Origin: Candidatus Bipolaricaulota bacterium | GTDB taxonomy: Bacteria; Bipolaricaulota; Bipolaricaulia; UBA7950; UBA9294 | Direction: 5' to 3' | Length of the DNA stretch: 64,000 nucleotides | NCBI GenBank assembly: GCA_030611415.1 | Contig: JAUWPW010000001.1 | Span: 18,107-82,106, forward strand | The notes under the pieces: model-generated | Told to the model about the DNA's origin: nothing | Database searches by the model: none | Seen by the model: only the letters and a program-made list of their open reading frames with translations | Shown here: positions 18,319 through 28,019 of the stretch, in pieces | How positions within the stretch are numbered: position 1 is the stretch's first letter | How the letters are laid out: each line of letters begins with the position of its first letter | Translations under genes and position numbers: made by a program

Positions 18319-19634
18319 GAGGCTCCTCTTGTCACCGCAGATACAAGCACTCTGCCAGCTAGTGAAGCGGCGGAAGCTGCTTCAATACGCACAGGAACAA
18401 ATGTCCCCACCCTAACTTCTCCGTCCAGGATCACCATGCGGTGATCATCGCTCCTCCCGCAAGACATCCCCTTGCGGTTTCTTCCATCCACAAGCACCTC
18501 TATTTTATCACCAATTCGCTTATGATTCTCCTCAAGTGCGATTTCCCTCTGGCGAATGAGAATCTCCTGCAATCGCTCGTTTTTTGCCTCAATTGGCACG
18601 TCGTCAGCAAGCTTAGCGCTTCGCGTTCCTGGCCGGGGCGAATACTTAGCCACAAAGACTGTCCCAAAGCGACCTTCGTCCAGCAGTTCAAGTGTGGCAC
18701 GGAAGTCCCCCTCTGTCTCCCCTGGATGGCCGACAATCAGATCAGTGGTAATATTTATGCCCTTCACAAGTCTTCGTGCCTTGTTCACGATCGACAGGAA
18801 ATCACTGCGTGTGTAGCCACGATTCATCAACGAGAGAACGCGATCGCTCCCTGATTGACAGGCAAGATGAATGTGGTTGCAGATGCTCTCGTGCTCTGCG
18901 ATCGTTCGAATCACCCTTTCGGTCATGTCTCGCGGATGAGAACTAGTGAAGCGAACACGCGGAATTCCAACATCTGCTACTTGGGCAAGTAACTCGGCAA
19001 ATCCTCCGTACTCAGTCCGGTCCCTTCCGTAAGAATCGACATTCTGTCCCAGGAGAAGAACCTCCTTACAACCACTATCGGCCAAGGCCCTTACCTCGGC
19101 AAGGATTTTTCCTGGTTCGCGGCTACGTAGAGGACCACGGCTGTAAGGAACGATACAATAGGAGCAAGAATTTGAGCACCCTTTAGTGATATTTACCATG
19201 GCTTTAATCGAGCCTTCACGTTTAAAAGGAATCTCATCGATAGTGAGCGGAGAGGGAAGATAAGCAATTCGTTTTCCCTTTCTCTCGACTTCCAGCAAGA
19301 GCCGAGGAAGGTTGTCTAGCCCGGCAACTCCAAATAGAAAGTCGACCACGGGAAAACGCCTTAACAAGGATTCACCGCGTACTTGTGCTATACACCCTCC
19401 TATGCCAAACAGAACTCGCTTCTGAGACTTAAGTTGTTCAACATTACCCAGCTGTCCGTATACCTTCTCTTCAGCTTTCTGTCTGACCACACAAGTGTTA
19501 AACAGAACCACGTCAGCATCCGCAAACGAATTGGTAATCCTAAATCCTGCCCGTTCAAGGACACCAGCGATCCCCTCTGACTGGTGGAAGTTCATTTGGC
19601 AACCCCAGGTTTTGATATATACACTTTCGTTCAT
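18315..19634 (-). CDS. miaB: tRNA-i6A37 methylthiotransferase
   Basis: N-terminal MTTase motif WGCQMN, radical-SAM CSNSCSYC, C-terminal TRAM domain. The start is chosen at MNESVYIKTWGCQMN. The stop overlaps the pfkB-like start (ATGA). Confidence 0.85.
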   Translation of the reverse strand: MNESVYIKTWGCQMNFHQSEGIAGVLERAGFRITNSFADADVVLFNTCVVRQKAEEKVYGQLGNVEQLKSQKRVLFGIGGCIAQVRGESLLRRFPVVDFLFGVAGLDNLPRLLLEVERKGKRIAYLPSPLTIDEIPFKREGSIKAMVNITKGCSNSCSYCIVPYSRGPLRSREPGKILAEVRALADSGCKEVLLLGQNVDSYGRDRTEYGGFAELLAQVADVGIPRVRFTSSHPRDMTERVIRTIAEHESICNHIHLACQSGSDRVLSLMNRGYTRSDFLSIVNKARRLVKGINITTDLIVGHPGETEGDFRATLELLDEGRFGTVFVAKYSPRPGTRSAKLADDVPIEAKNERLQEILIRQREIALEENHKRIGDKIEVLVDGRNRKGMSCGRSDDHRMVILDGEVRVGTFVPVRIEAASAASLAGRVLVSAVTRGAS

Positions 19635-19808
19635 ATCGATGTTAACAAATATAGCGAAAAACGAAACATCGATCAAACCTGAATAAAGTGCATCGATCAT
19701 AAACAAATTTGCCCCGAAGCCTTATCCCATATCATGTCCAGAATATGGTCAGGAGCTGCTTCCTTTATCACGAAAAGATCGAACATCATTACAGCACTGT
19801 TAACAGGA

Positions 19809-19836
19809 TTGACCCTGAAGTTGATACCGGTATAAT
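19809..19836 (+). promoter_or_regulatory. Putative sigma-70 promoter for the aconitase gene
   Basis: TTGACC-N16-TATAAT read directly. An AGAGGTGA RBS and the start codon cluster follow within 20 nt. Confidence 0.4.
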
Positions 19837-19853
19837 TGCCAGTTTGAGAGGTG

Positions 19854-21758
19854 ATGACTGTGTCCAAAACAATAACAGAGAAAATCCTTTCGCGGCACAT
19901 ACAGAAAGGGAGCTTAAGCAAAGGAACAGAAATCGGAATACGGATCGATCACTGTCTAACACAAGACTCTACTGGGACAATGGCATGGCTCGAGTTTGAG
20001 TCACTTGGCTTAGAACGCGTCAAGGCAGAGCTTGTTGTCTCCTATTCGGATCATACCTCACTAGGATTCAAAGGCGAATCAACCGATGACCATGCCTTTC
20101 TTAAAACAATAGCCTCGCACTACGGAGCCAAGTTCTCCAAGAACGGGAATGGCGTATGTCATCAGCTTCACTACGAACGTTTCGGCGCACCGGGCAAAAC
20201 ATTGCTCGGTTCTGATTCTCACACACCAACGGCTGGCGGACTGGGAATGCTTGGGATTGGTGCTGGTGGAATGGATGTAGCCGTAGCAGCAGGAGGAGGG
20301 CTTTTTCATCTCGTTGTCCCCAAGGTGATGCGAATAGTCCTCAAGGGCAAGCTTTCATGGGGAGTGGCAGCAAAAGACATTGCGCTAGAGATTCTACGGC
20401 GAATCTCGGTAAAGGGGGGAGTGGGTTACTTTATCGAGTTTGCTGGCCGCGGTATAAAGAACCTTTCAGTACCACAACGAGCAACAATTACTAACATGTG
20501 CACGGAAACCGGAGCAACTTCTTCAATCTTCCCCTCAGACAAGGTAACACGGGAATTCTTACGTATGCAAGGTCGCGAGGAAGACTGGGCCAAGCTTATT
20601 CCAGACGCCAATGCCAAATACGATAAGAGCTTAGAAATCGATCTTTCTTCATTGAAACCGCTTATAGCAATGCCAGGAATGCCAGACAATGTCTATGATA
20701 TTGAAGAAGTTCTAGGAACAAAGATCGATCAGGTCTTCATAGGTTCTTGTACCAATGGAGGTTATCACGACATCAAGATTGTCGCAGAGATGCTCAAGGA
20801 CAAGCATGTCTCTACAGACTTCGATGTGATTGTCTCTCCCGCGTCCAAGCAGGCATGGGAAATGTTGTTAGAGGATGGAAGTTTCTTCGATCTTACCAAA
20901 GCTGGAGTACGCATGATCGAACCTGGCTGTAATGCATGCATCGGAATTGGCTTTGTCCCCGGATATGAGCATTTGTCCCTGCGTACGGTAAATCGGAACT
21001 GGAAGGGGCGTGGGGGAAACAAGTTCGGGAAGATCGCGCTCTGTAGCCCTGAGGTAGCAGCTGCATCTGCACTTGCCGGACGAATAGCTGATCCACGCGA
21101 GCTTCCACCGGTGAAAATCAAGATCGATCGCCTCATCATAGATGACTACCTCATTATAAAACCATCTGGAGCGGGGAGTCCCATCAGACGCGCACCAAAC
21201 ATCGTTCAACTGGAGCCACAAGAACCACTTACTCCGCTTCTTGAAGGAGAAGTACTGCTCAAGCTAGGCGACGGTATCTCGACTGATGACATCCTCCCGG
21301 CAGGACCGCTCACACAGCACCTACGCAGCAACCTTCCCGAGATAGCTAAGTTTACCTTCTACTATGAGGACAAGAGCTTCGCGGAGCGCGCCCTGGAAAA
21401 GGGTGGTGGATTCATCGTTGGAGGCGACAACTACGGGCAGGGTTCATCGCGCGAGCACGCAGCCCTTACTCCATGGCAACTAGGAATCAAGGCGGTTTTC
21501 GCGGAGAGCTATGCTCGCATCCACCGCGCCAACCTGATTAACGTAGGGATCATCCCATTTACTTGCGATACAAATACCCTGGATCAGGGAGATCGACTGG
21601 AGGTAGACGTATCTGACCTCAACCGGGAATTGAGCGTTGACAACAAGACAAAAGGAAGCACCATTAAGATACGTCACGATCTTTCTCCGCGTGAAATCGA
21701 GATGATAGGAACCGGTGGCCTACTCGCCTATACTGCACAAAAACACAGTGAAAAGTAA
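19854..21758 (+). CDS. Aconitase-family hydratase, ~635 aa (Aquifex-type putative aconitate hydratase)
   Basis: Aconitase catalytic domains plus a C-terminal swivel domain (GDNYGQGSSREHAALTPWQLGIKAV). Its length matches the small bacterial/archaeal AcnA-like family. The start is ambiguous among GTG 19851, ATG 19854 and GTG 19860. Confidence 0.75.
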   Translation: MTVSKTITEKILSRHIQKGSLSKGTEIGIRIDHCLTQDSTGTMAWLEFESLGLERVKAELVVSYSDHTSLGFKGESTDDHAFLKTIASHYGAKFSKNGNGVCHQLHYERFGAPGKTLLGSDSHTPTAGGLGMLGIGAGGMDVAVAAGGGLFHLVVPKVMRIVLKGKLSWGVAAKDIALEILRRISVKGGVGYFIEFAGRGIKNLSVPQRATITNMCTETGATSSIFPSDKVTREFLRMQGREEDWAKLIPDANAKYDKSLEIDLSSLKPLIAMPGMPDNVYDIEEVLGTKIDQVFIGSCTNGGYHDIKIVAEMLKDKHVSTDFDVIVSPASKQAWEMLLEDGSFFDLTKAGVRMIEPGCNACIGIGFVPGYEHLSLRTVNRNWKGRGGNKFGKIALCSPEVAAASALAGRIADPRELPPVKIKIDRLIIDDYLIIKPSGAGSPIRRAPNIVQLEPQEPLTPLLEGEVLLKLGDGISTDDILPAGPLTQHLRSNLPEIAKFTFYYEDKSFAERALEKGGGFIVGGDNYGQGSSREHAALTPWQLGIKAVFAESYARIHRANLINVGIIPFTCDTNTLDQGDRLEVDVSDLNRELSVDNKTKGSTIKIRHDLSPREIEMIGTGGLLAYTAQKHSEK

Positions 21759-21762
21759 AGCG

Positions 21763-21960
21763 TGATGGGTAATGAGTGATGCGTAACAGAAAGCCAGTCC
21801 ATAGTCCAAGGTCCAGAGTCGAGAAACGGTGATGGGTAAAGAGTAACAAGTGAAAGGCCAGGAACTGAAAAACAATGACTGATGGCTGAGAGCTGACCGC
21901 TGATAGCTGTTTGCTGATAACTGTAATGAGTGATGGGCAAGGAGACGTAAATAGTAACCA
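21763..21960 (+). repeat. Dispersed repeat family 'A', copy 1 (core 21763-21820) plus degenerate tandem reiterations of the GTGATGGGTAA box
   Basis: GTGATGGGTAATGAGTGATGCGTAACAGAAAGCCAGTCCATAGTCCAAGGTCCAGAGTC starts 5 nt after the aconitase stop. Further GTGATGGGTAAAGAGTAACA, GAGCTGACCGCTGATAGCTG and GTAATGAGTGATGGGCAAGGAG modules follow. Confidence 0.8.
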
Positions 21961-22062
21961 GTAATGTGCCTTCGCGATAGACGGCAAGGAGTCAATCGTC
22001 TAGCACCTCGTCCAAAGAGGAGGGTCGTTATTAGAGGGGTGTGCTCTTCCCTCGCCTAACTG

Positions 22063-22091
22063 TTGACAGACATTCACTAATAAGTTATTAT
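22063..22091 (+). promoter_or_regulatory. Putative sigma-70 promoter of the IclR gene
   Basis: TTGACA-N17-TATTAT read directly. Confidence 0.45.
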
Positions 22092-22107
22092 GCCCACATA
22101 CTGAGAA

Positions 22108-22132
22108 CGTGTTCCCAGGATATGAGAACACG
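22108..22132 (+). promoter_or_regulatory. Inverted repeat CGTGTTC-N11-GAACACG between promoter and IclR start, a candidate autoregulatory operator
   Basis: Perfect 7-bp inverted repeat flanked by GAGAAC direct repeats, 19 nt upstream of the start codon. Confidence 0.35.
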
Positions 22133-22150
22133 ACCTAGAGGCGAGCAGGC

Positions 22151-22900
22151 TTGAACACGCTGGAAAAATGCGTCAGAATTTTGACTCTATTTAGCGAGAC
22201 TAAGCCCACAGCAACTGTCTCGTACATTGCGAAGCAACTTGGGCTTCCCACCAGCACGATTTACCGCTATATCGCTATGCTAAAGCAAAGCGGGCTGATC
22301 GAACAAACGGGCAAGGCAGGAATGTACTGCCTAGGCACAAAGATCCTGGAGCTTGCCCACAATGTTCCCAAAAAGAGCCTACAAGAAACTTCTCTTCCTA
22401 TTATGGGTCAGCTATCAAGGGAGACAGGAGAGACCGTTACTCTCACTGGACTACGCGAGCATGATGGGATTTGTCTAGAGAAAGCGGATGGACACCATGC
22501 TTTCCGTGTCTCCTATGAACGCGGAACCACCTTTCCCTTGCATGCTGGAGCATCTGGCAAGGTTCTTCTCGCCTATCTCGATCCACAGAAACAAGACCAA
22601 ATCATCAGAAAATTGAAATACGACAAATTCTCCGAGACTACAATTACGGAACCCAAGCGATTGAAAGCTGAAATTGCAGCAATCAAGAAGCAGGGGTTTG
22701 CGCTAAGTAATGGAGAGATCATCCGCGGAACCTACGGCATCGCGGCCCCCATTTTCTCGCTGTCTAGGAATGTCATTGCCGCCCTGAGCATCTCTGCACC
22801 AAACCACCGTCTAGAAGAAAAACAACGAAAACAAATGGCCCATTTGATAGTAGCGGCAGCTGGAAAGATCACGGATGAACTTGCTTTATATGAGGTGTAA
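22151..22900 (+). CDS. IclR-family transcriptional regulator
   Basis: N-terminal HTH (KPTATVSYIAKQLGLPTSTIYRYIAML) and a C-terminal IclR effector domain, 249 aa. Confidence 0.8.
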   Translation: MNTLEKCVRILTLFSETKPTATVSYIAKQLGLPTSTIYRYIAMLKQSGLIEQTGKAGMYCLGTKILELAHNVPKKSLQETSLPIMGQLSRETGETVTLTGLREHDGICLEKADGHHAFRVSYERGTTFPLHAGASGKVLLAYLDPQKQDQIIRKLKYDKFSETTITEPKRLKAEIAAIKKQGFALSNGEIIRGTYGIAAPIFSLSRNVIAALSISAPNHRLEEKQRKQMAHLIVAAAGKITDELALYEV

Positions 22901-22950
22901 AAACCTTTAGAAACTAAACCTGGAAAGAAAAAGGAGGATCAATCTCAATC

Positions 22951-24267
22951 ATGACCAAGGAAAGCTCCAGCATACCCAAGAGTGGTGACTCGATCGAATT
23001 GACTGGCCAAGGGCTAAGTGTTCCCAACTATCCTATTATCCCCTATATCCGAGGGGATGGAATCGGGACAGACGTGACACCAGTGATGCTAAAGGTGGTC
23101 GATGCCGCCGTTGCGAAAGCATACGGCAGCAAGAAGAAGATTCAGTGGCTCAAGGTATGGGCTGGCGATGAAGCGATCGCGAAAAATCACTCGGAACTAT
23201 CTGAAAACGAAATCAAGGAAATCCCCGCAGAAGAAAGACAGAAGCTTTACTTGCCGGATGAAACAACTGCAGCCATCCGTAAGCACTTGGTTGCCATTAA
23301 AGGTCCACTGACAACACCAGTAGGAGGGGGAATCCGCAGCTTAAACGTAGCACTACGTATAGTGCTTGATCTGTATGCCTGTGTTCGTCCAGTCCATCAT
23401 ATCGGCACCCCAGCACCTGTAAAACGGCCGCAAGATCTGGATATCGTATTCTTCCGCGAGAATACAGAGGATGTCTACTCCGGAATTGAGTGGCGTGCCG
23501 GTACACCGGCCGCAAAGAAGGTCATAAGCTGGCTGGAACAGGAAATGGGTGTCACCAGCATACGTTTTACGGAGATGTGCGGAATCGGAGTCAAGCCGGT
23601 CAGCGAACAGGGAAGCAAGAGGCTCATTCGCGCAGCAATTGAATATGCGATCAAGAACAACAGAACATCAGTCACCATGGCACACAAGGGAAACATCATG
23701 AAATTCACCGAAGGCGCATTCCGTGATTGGGGATACGAAATTGGTGAACAATATGCACAGATTATTACCGAACAGGCTCTGTTTGAGACCTATGGCGGAA
23801 CAGTTCCTTCGGGAAAGATCGTGCTGAAAGACAGAATCGCAGACCAGTTTTTCCAGCAGATGCTGCTTAGGCCAACGGAATACGACGTAGTTGCCACACT
23901 AAACCTAAATGGTGACTACATGTCCGATGCGGCAGCAGCACAAGTAGGAGGACTAGGAGTCGCGCCAGGCGCAAATATCAACTACAAGACAGGTTGTGCC
24001 ATCTTTGAGGCAACACACGGAACAGCTCCCAAACATGCGGGGAAGAACGAAGTAAACCCGGGTAGTATTATCCTATCCGCAAGTGAAATGCTTCAATACA
24101 TGGGATGGAACGAGCCCGCTAGACTAATCCTTAGCGGAATCGTAGGCGCAATTTCCTCTAAACGGGTCACCTATGACTTGGAACGACAAATGGAGGGAGC
24201 AACACTACTTTCCTGCTCAGAATTTGGTGACGAAATCATCAGCAGAATGCAAGAAGAAGGTGAATAA
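22951..24267 (+). CDS. icd: NADP-dependent isocitrate dehydrogenase (prokaryotic homodimeric type)
   Basis: [25 protein letters not shown] and [19 protein letters not shown] motifs. An AAAGGAGGA RBS sits upstream. Confidence 0.88.
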   Translation: MTKESSSIPKSGDSIELTGQGLSVPNYPIIPYIRGDGIGTDVTPVMLKVVDAAVAKAYGSKKKIQWLKVWAGDEAIAKNHSELSENEIKEIPAEERQKLYLPDETTAAIRKHLVAIKGPLTTPVGGGIRSLNVALRIVLDLYACVRPVHHIGTPAPVKRPQDLDIVFFRENTEDVYSGIEWRAGTPAAKKVISWLEQEMGVTSIRFTEMCGIGVKPVSEQGSKRLIRAAIEYAIKNNRTSVTMAHKGNIMKFTEGAFRDWGYEIGEQYAQIITEQALFETYGGTVPSGKIVLKDRIADQFFQQMLLRPTEYDVVATLNLNGDYMSDAAAAQVGGLGVAPGANINYKTGCAIFEATHGTAPKHAGKNEVNPGSIILSASEMLQYMGWNEPARLILSGIVGAISSKRVTYDLERQMEGATLLSCSEFGDEIISRMQEEGE

Positions 24268-24270
24268 CTA

Positions 24271-25554
24271 ATGGCACAAAAGGGAATACGTGAATATGAC
24301 GCAAAGCGTCTTTTGGCAAAGGCAGTCCCAGAGATTTCAGGAAACAAGCTGCGCTTTAACGATGAACTTGTTTTGGTATCGCCAGAAACTGACCTTGAAA
24401 CACTACCAAACAAGCACACGTGGCTAAAGGATCAACACCTTGTTGTAAAGCCCGACCAGTTGTTTGGAAAGAGAGGAAAGAACAACCTGCTGCTTATCAA
24501 CGTCGATTATGATCAAGCGAAAGCATGGATTACGGAGCAAATGAACAGACAGATCACAATCAAACAAACAAACGGCGAAACATCTGGAACCTTAACCCAC
24601 TTCTTGGTGGAACCATTTGTTCCACACGAGAAAGAGTACTACCTGGCATTCACGTCAAAACGAGAAGTAGATGTTATCCACTTCTCTACCAAGGGCGGGG
24701 TCGACATTGAAGAGGTCTGGGATTCAGTGGTTACAATCGAAGTCCCGGTATTGGCAGACCCGGCAGAGGTTGATATTGCCTCTCATCTCCCTGACATTGC
24801 TAATAAAGGAGCCTTATCGGAATTCATAAAGGTTCTATACCGGATCTATTGCGAGTTTCACTTTGCCTACCTTGAATTCAACCCAATTACCTTCCTTAAT
24901 GAAACAATTGTCCCACTCGACACCGTGGCCAAACTAGATGACACTGCTGCATTTCAGTGTGCTGAGAGATGGGGCAAGGTTGAGTTTCCCAAGCCATTTG
25001 GTAGCAGCAACACCAGAGAAGAAGCGTACATCGCTAGCCTAGATGAAAAAACAGGTGCTTCGCTCAAGCTAACCTTGCTCAACCCGAATGGACGTGTATG
25101 GACACTGGTCGCTGGAGGTGGGGCAAGTGTCATTTATGCAGACACGGTTGTTGACCTGGGTTTCGGAAACGAACTTGCCAACTATGGCGAGTATAGCGGC
25201 AACCCAACAACCGAACTAACCTACGAATACACCAAAACCGTTCTTGATCTCATGACACGAACACCCGACCCACACGGCCGCCCTAAGTACCTCTTAATCG
25301 GTGGTGGAATCGCTAACTTCACTGATGTCGCTAAGACATTCACAGGAGTAATAAGAGCACTTGAACAGTATAAGAGCAAGCTGCAAGAGAACAAGGTACA
25401 GATTTATGTACGCCGTGGTGGTCCAAACTACAAAGAAGGACTAGAGAGCATGCGCAAACTCGGTGAGCGCATCGAAGTACCGCTTGAGGTATACGGTCCT
25501 GAAACCCATATGACACGTATCGTTTCCCTCGCACTTGAGGAGGTTAGCCGATGA
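24271..25554 (+). CDS. aclB: ATP-citrate lyase beta (small) subunit, ATP-grasp
   Basis: The N-terminus KRLLAK...HLVVKPDQLFGKRGK matches the animal ACLY N-terminus (LVVKPDQLIKRRGK) and the succinyl-CoA-synthetase-beta-like ATP-grasp fold. The stop overlaps the aclA start. Confidence 0.8.
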   Translation: MAQKGIREYDAKRLLAKAVPEISGNKLRFNDELVLVSPETDLETLPNKHTWLKDQHLVVKPDQLFGKRGKNNLLLINVDYDQAKAWITEQMNRQITIKQTNGETSGTLTHFLVEPFVPHEKEYYLAFTSKREVDVIHFSTKGGVDIEEVWDSVVTIEVPVLADPAEVDIASHLPDIANKGALSEFIKVLYRIYCEFHFAYLEFNPITFLNETIVPLDTVAKLDDTAAFQCAERWGKVEFPKPFGSSNTREEAYIASLDEKTGASLKLTLLNPNGRVWTLVAGGGASVIYADTVVDLGFGNELANYGEYSGNPTTELTYEYTKTVLDLMTRTPDPHGRPKYLLIGGGIANFTDVAKTFTGVIRALEQYKSKLQENKVQIYVRRGGPNYKEGLESMRKLGERIEVPLEVYGPETHMTRIVSLALEEVSR

Positions 25555-27398
25555 AAGATTACGAACTTTTTACCAAAGATACCAAAGCCTTCATTTACGG
25601 AGGGCAGACTGCGGCAGTGCAAAGGATGCTTGATTTTGACTTTATGTGCCGCAAAGATGAACCAAGTGTTGTGGCAATGATTACCCCAGAGCGCAGTGGA
25701 TTCGAGCTTTTCTTCTGGGGAACCAGAGAAATCCGTATCCCACGTATCACAAGCATTACACAGGCAACCTCTCGTTACCCAACAGCAGATGTAATGATTA
25801 ACTTTGCCTCACAGCGTTCGGCGTACGATCTTACTATGGAAGCGCTTAATAGTGATTCTATCCGCACCGTTATCGTCATTGCCGAAGGTGTGCCCGAACG
25901 CCAGGAGCGAATCTTAGCCGCAACCGCCAAAGAAAAAGCGAAATGGATTATCGGTCCAGCAACAGTAGGTGGGGTAAAGGCAGGTGCTTTCAAGATCGGA
26001 AACGCCGCAGGAACGATGCAGAACATCCGCGAAGCCAAACTCTATCGCCCAGGGTCAGTTGGCTTTGTATCTGTTTCCGGAGGTCTTTCAAATGAAGCGT
26101 ACAATATTATCGCGCGCAATACGGACGGACTGAACGAAGGAGTAGCGATCGGTGGAGATGCTTTCCCCGGCTCAACACTCCTTGATCATCTGCTGCGCTA
26201 CGAGAAGAATCCGGATATCAAGATGCTGGTCTGCTTAGGAGAATTGGGAGGAACGGCAGAGTACGATATTGCCAACGCAGTCAAGGACGGGCGCCTAACC
26301 AAACCACTAGTTATGTGGGTTACTGGAACCTGCGCAAAGGTCCTTCCAGGACAGGTCCAGTTTGGCCATGCTGGCGCCAAAGCCAAGGCAGCAATAGAAA
26401 CAGCCGATGCTAAGAACGATGCCTTACGCAAGGCGGGAATTACTGTACCAGACTCGTTTGACGACTACCACGAGAAGATCAAGCAAACCTACACGAAACT
26501 GTGTGACGAGGAAATAATAACTCCGGCTGAAGACTTCACGCCTCCTAATATCCCTGTAAATTACAAACAAGCAACGGCCGAAGGCTTGGTACGAAAGCGA
26601 ACCAACTTCATCAGTACAATATGTGATGAATCAGGTGAAGTACACAACTACTGCGGTGTCCCGATCGATGAAGTGATCGAAAAGAACTACGGAATTGGGG
26701 GAGTAATCGGACTTCTTTGGTTCAAGAAGGACATTCCGGTTTATGCACGACAATTTATGGAAATGGTCTTACAGATCATTGCTGACCATGGACCTGCCGT
26801 TTCCGGCGCGCACAACACTATCGTCGCAGCTCGTGCCGGTAAAGATCTAATTAGCTCGTTAGTTAGCGGCCTTCTCACCATTGGCCCGCGTTTTGGCGGT
26901 GCAGTAAATGGCGCAGCAGAGCACTTCCTATATGGCTTCAGAAATAAGCTTGCGTCGCGCGACTTCGTAAGCCAAATGAAAGCGAAGAACGTGCGCATTC
27001 AAGGGATCGGTCATCGCCTTCACACTGTAGAGAATCCAGACAAGCGCGTTGAGCTTATGAAGGACTTCGCGCGCTCTCACTTTGAAAAGACTGACCTGCT
27101 GGATTATGCTCTATCCGTCGAACAGGTAACAAGTCAGAAGAAGAACAATCTCATCCTAAATGTTGACGGCTGTATTGGGGTATTGTTCGTGGATCTATTG
27201 CGAGAACTCAAATTCACAGACACTGAAATCGACGAAATGATTGATGCTGGCCTGTTCAATGCCTTGTTCGTCCTTGGACGCTCAATCGGCTTCATGGGGC
27301 ACTACTTCGACCAAAGACGACTACAGACTAGCCTCTACCGCCATCCTTTGGATGACATCCTCTACGATGTACCAAGTAGGCCAGAGAAAGTAGGCTAG
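25551..27398 (+). CDS. aclA: ATP-citrate lyase alpha (large) subunit
   Basis: Phospho-histidine loop QFGHAGAKA, a CoA-binding domain, and a C-terminal citrate-synthase-like domain whose IQGIGHRLHTVENPDKRVELMKDFA and NLILNVDGCIGVLFVDLL segments match ACLY. Confidence 0.85.
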   Translation: MKDYELFTKDTKAFIYGGQTAAVQRMLDFDFMCRKDEPSVVAMITPERSGFELFFWGTREIRIPRITSITQATSRYPTADVMINFASQRSAYDLTMEALNSDSIRTVIVIAEGVPERQERILAATAKEKAKWIIGPATVGGVKAGAFKIGNAAGTMQNIREAKLYRPGSVGFVSVSGGLSNEAYNIIARNTDGLNEGVAIGGDAFPGSTLLDHLLRYEKNPDIKMLVCLGELGGTAEYDIANAVKDGRLTKPLVMWVTGTCAKVLPGQVQFGHAGAKAKAAIETADAKNDALRKAGITVPDSFDDYHEKIKQTYTKLCDEEIITPAEDFTPPNIPVNYKQATAEGLVRKRTNFISTICDESGEVHNYCGVPIDEVIEKNYGIGGVIGLLWFKKDIPVYARQFMEMVLQIIADHGPAVSGAHNTIVAARAGKDLISSLVSGLLTIGPRFGGAVNGAAEHFLYGFRNKLASRDFVSQMKAKNVRIQGIGHRLHTVENPDKRVELMKDFARSHFEKTDLLDYALSVEQVTSQKKNNLILNVDGCIGVLFVDLLRELKFTDTEIDEMIDAGLFNALFVLGRSIGFMGHYFDQRRLQTSLYRHPLDDILYDVPSRPEKVG

Positions 27399-27509
27399 CA
27401 AGACACAGGCAGCCGGCAAGTCATGGCTTGCTATCTGACTATCGCTTGCCGGTTGTCTTTTGTTTCACTTCATCTTATCATAAGTGCCATCGGGATAGAA
27501 GGTGATGAG

Positions 27510-28019
27510 ATGAAAAGGGTGCCAGATTTCCTCACTGTTTCTCGAAGTATGATCGCAGTTGGGATCATTCTTCTTGGGATCAAAGGGCCGGATGCGCTAG
27601 AACTGGTGATCCTGTTTACCATAATTGGATGGACAACGGATATCTTGGACGGCCGCATTGCCCGCCATTACTACAAAGAAGCAACCTGGTTAGGAGAACG
27701 TGAATTTGCATTTGACGTGATACTGATCTTCTCCGGATTGTGTTACTTAGTAATGGCAGGGTTCGTCCCATTTCTTCCCGCTGCAGTTTACTTGGCAAGT
27801 GCGGCTGTTTTTATGATCTATTTCCGTTCAAAATCCGTCACCATGTCTCTTGCGTTTCCTTTGGCCGTTCTCCCTTTTGTTGTAGCCTATTTCAACGCTC
27901 CATGGGCAGCCTTGCTGTATGCCATTTGGACGGTTACTGTTCTACTGATCGATTGGCAACGCTTCAAAGGGGTTGTGCTGGAGTTCATAGAAAATGCAAA
28001 GGCTATTCAAAAACACTAG
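27510..28019 (+). CDS. Small polytopic membrane protein, divergent CDP-alcohol phosphatidyltransferase-like
   Basis: [11 protein letters not shown] resembles the D-G-x2-A-R motif, but the downstream G-x3-D-x3-D is imperfect. Four to five TM helices. Start chosen at MKRVPDF with a GGTGA RBS. Confidence 0.5.
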   Translation: MKRVPDFLTVSRSMIAVGIILLGIKGPDALELVILFTIIGWTTDILDGRIARHYYKEATWLGEREFAFDVILIFSGLCYLVMAGFVPFLPAAVYLASAAVFMIYFRSKSVTMSLAFPLAVLPFVVAYFNAPWAALLYAIWTVTVLLIDWQRFKGVVLEFIENAKAIQKH

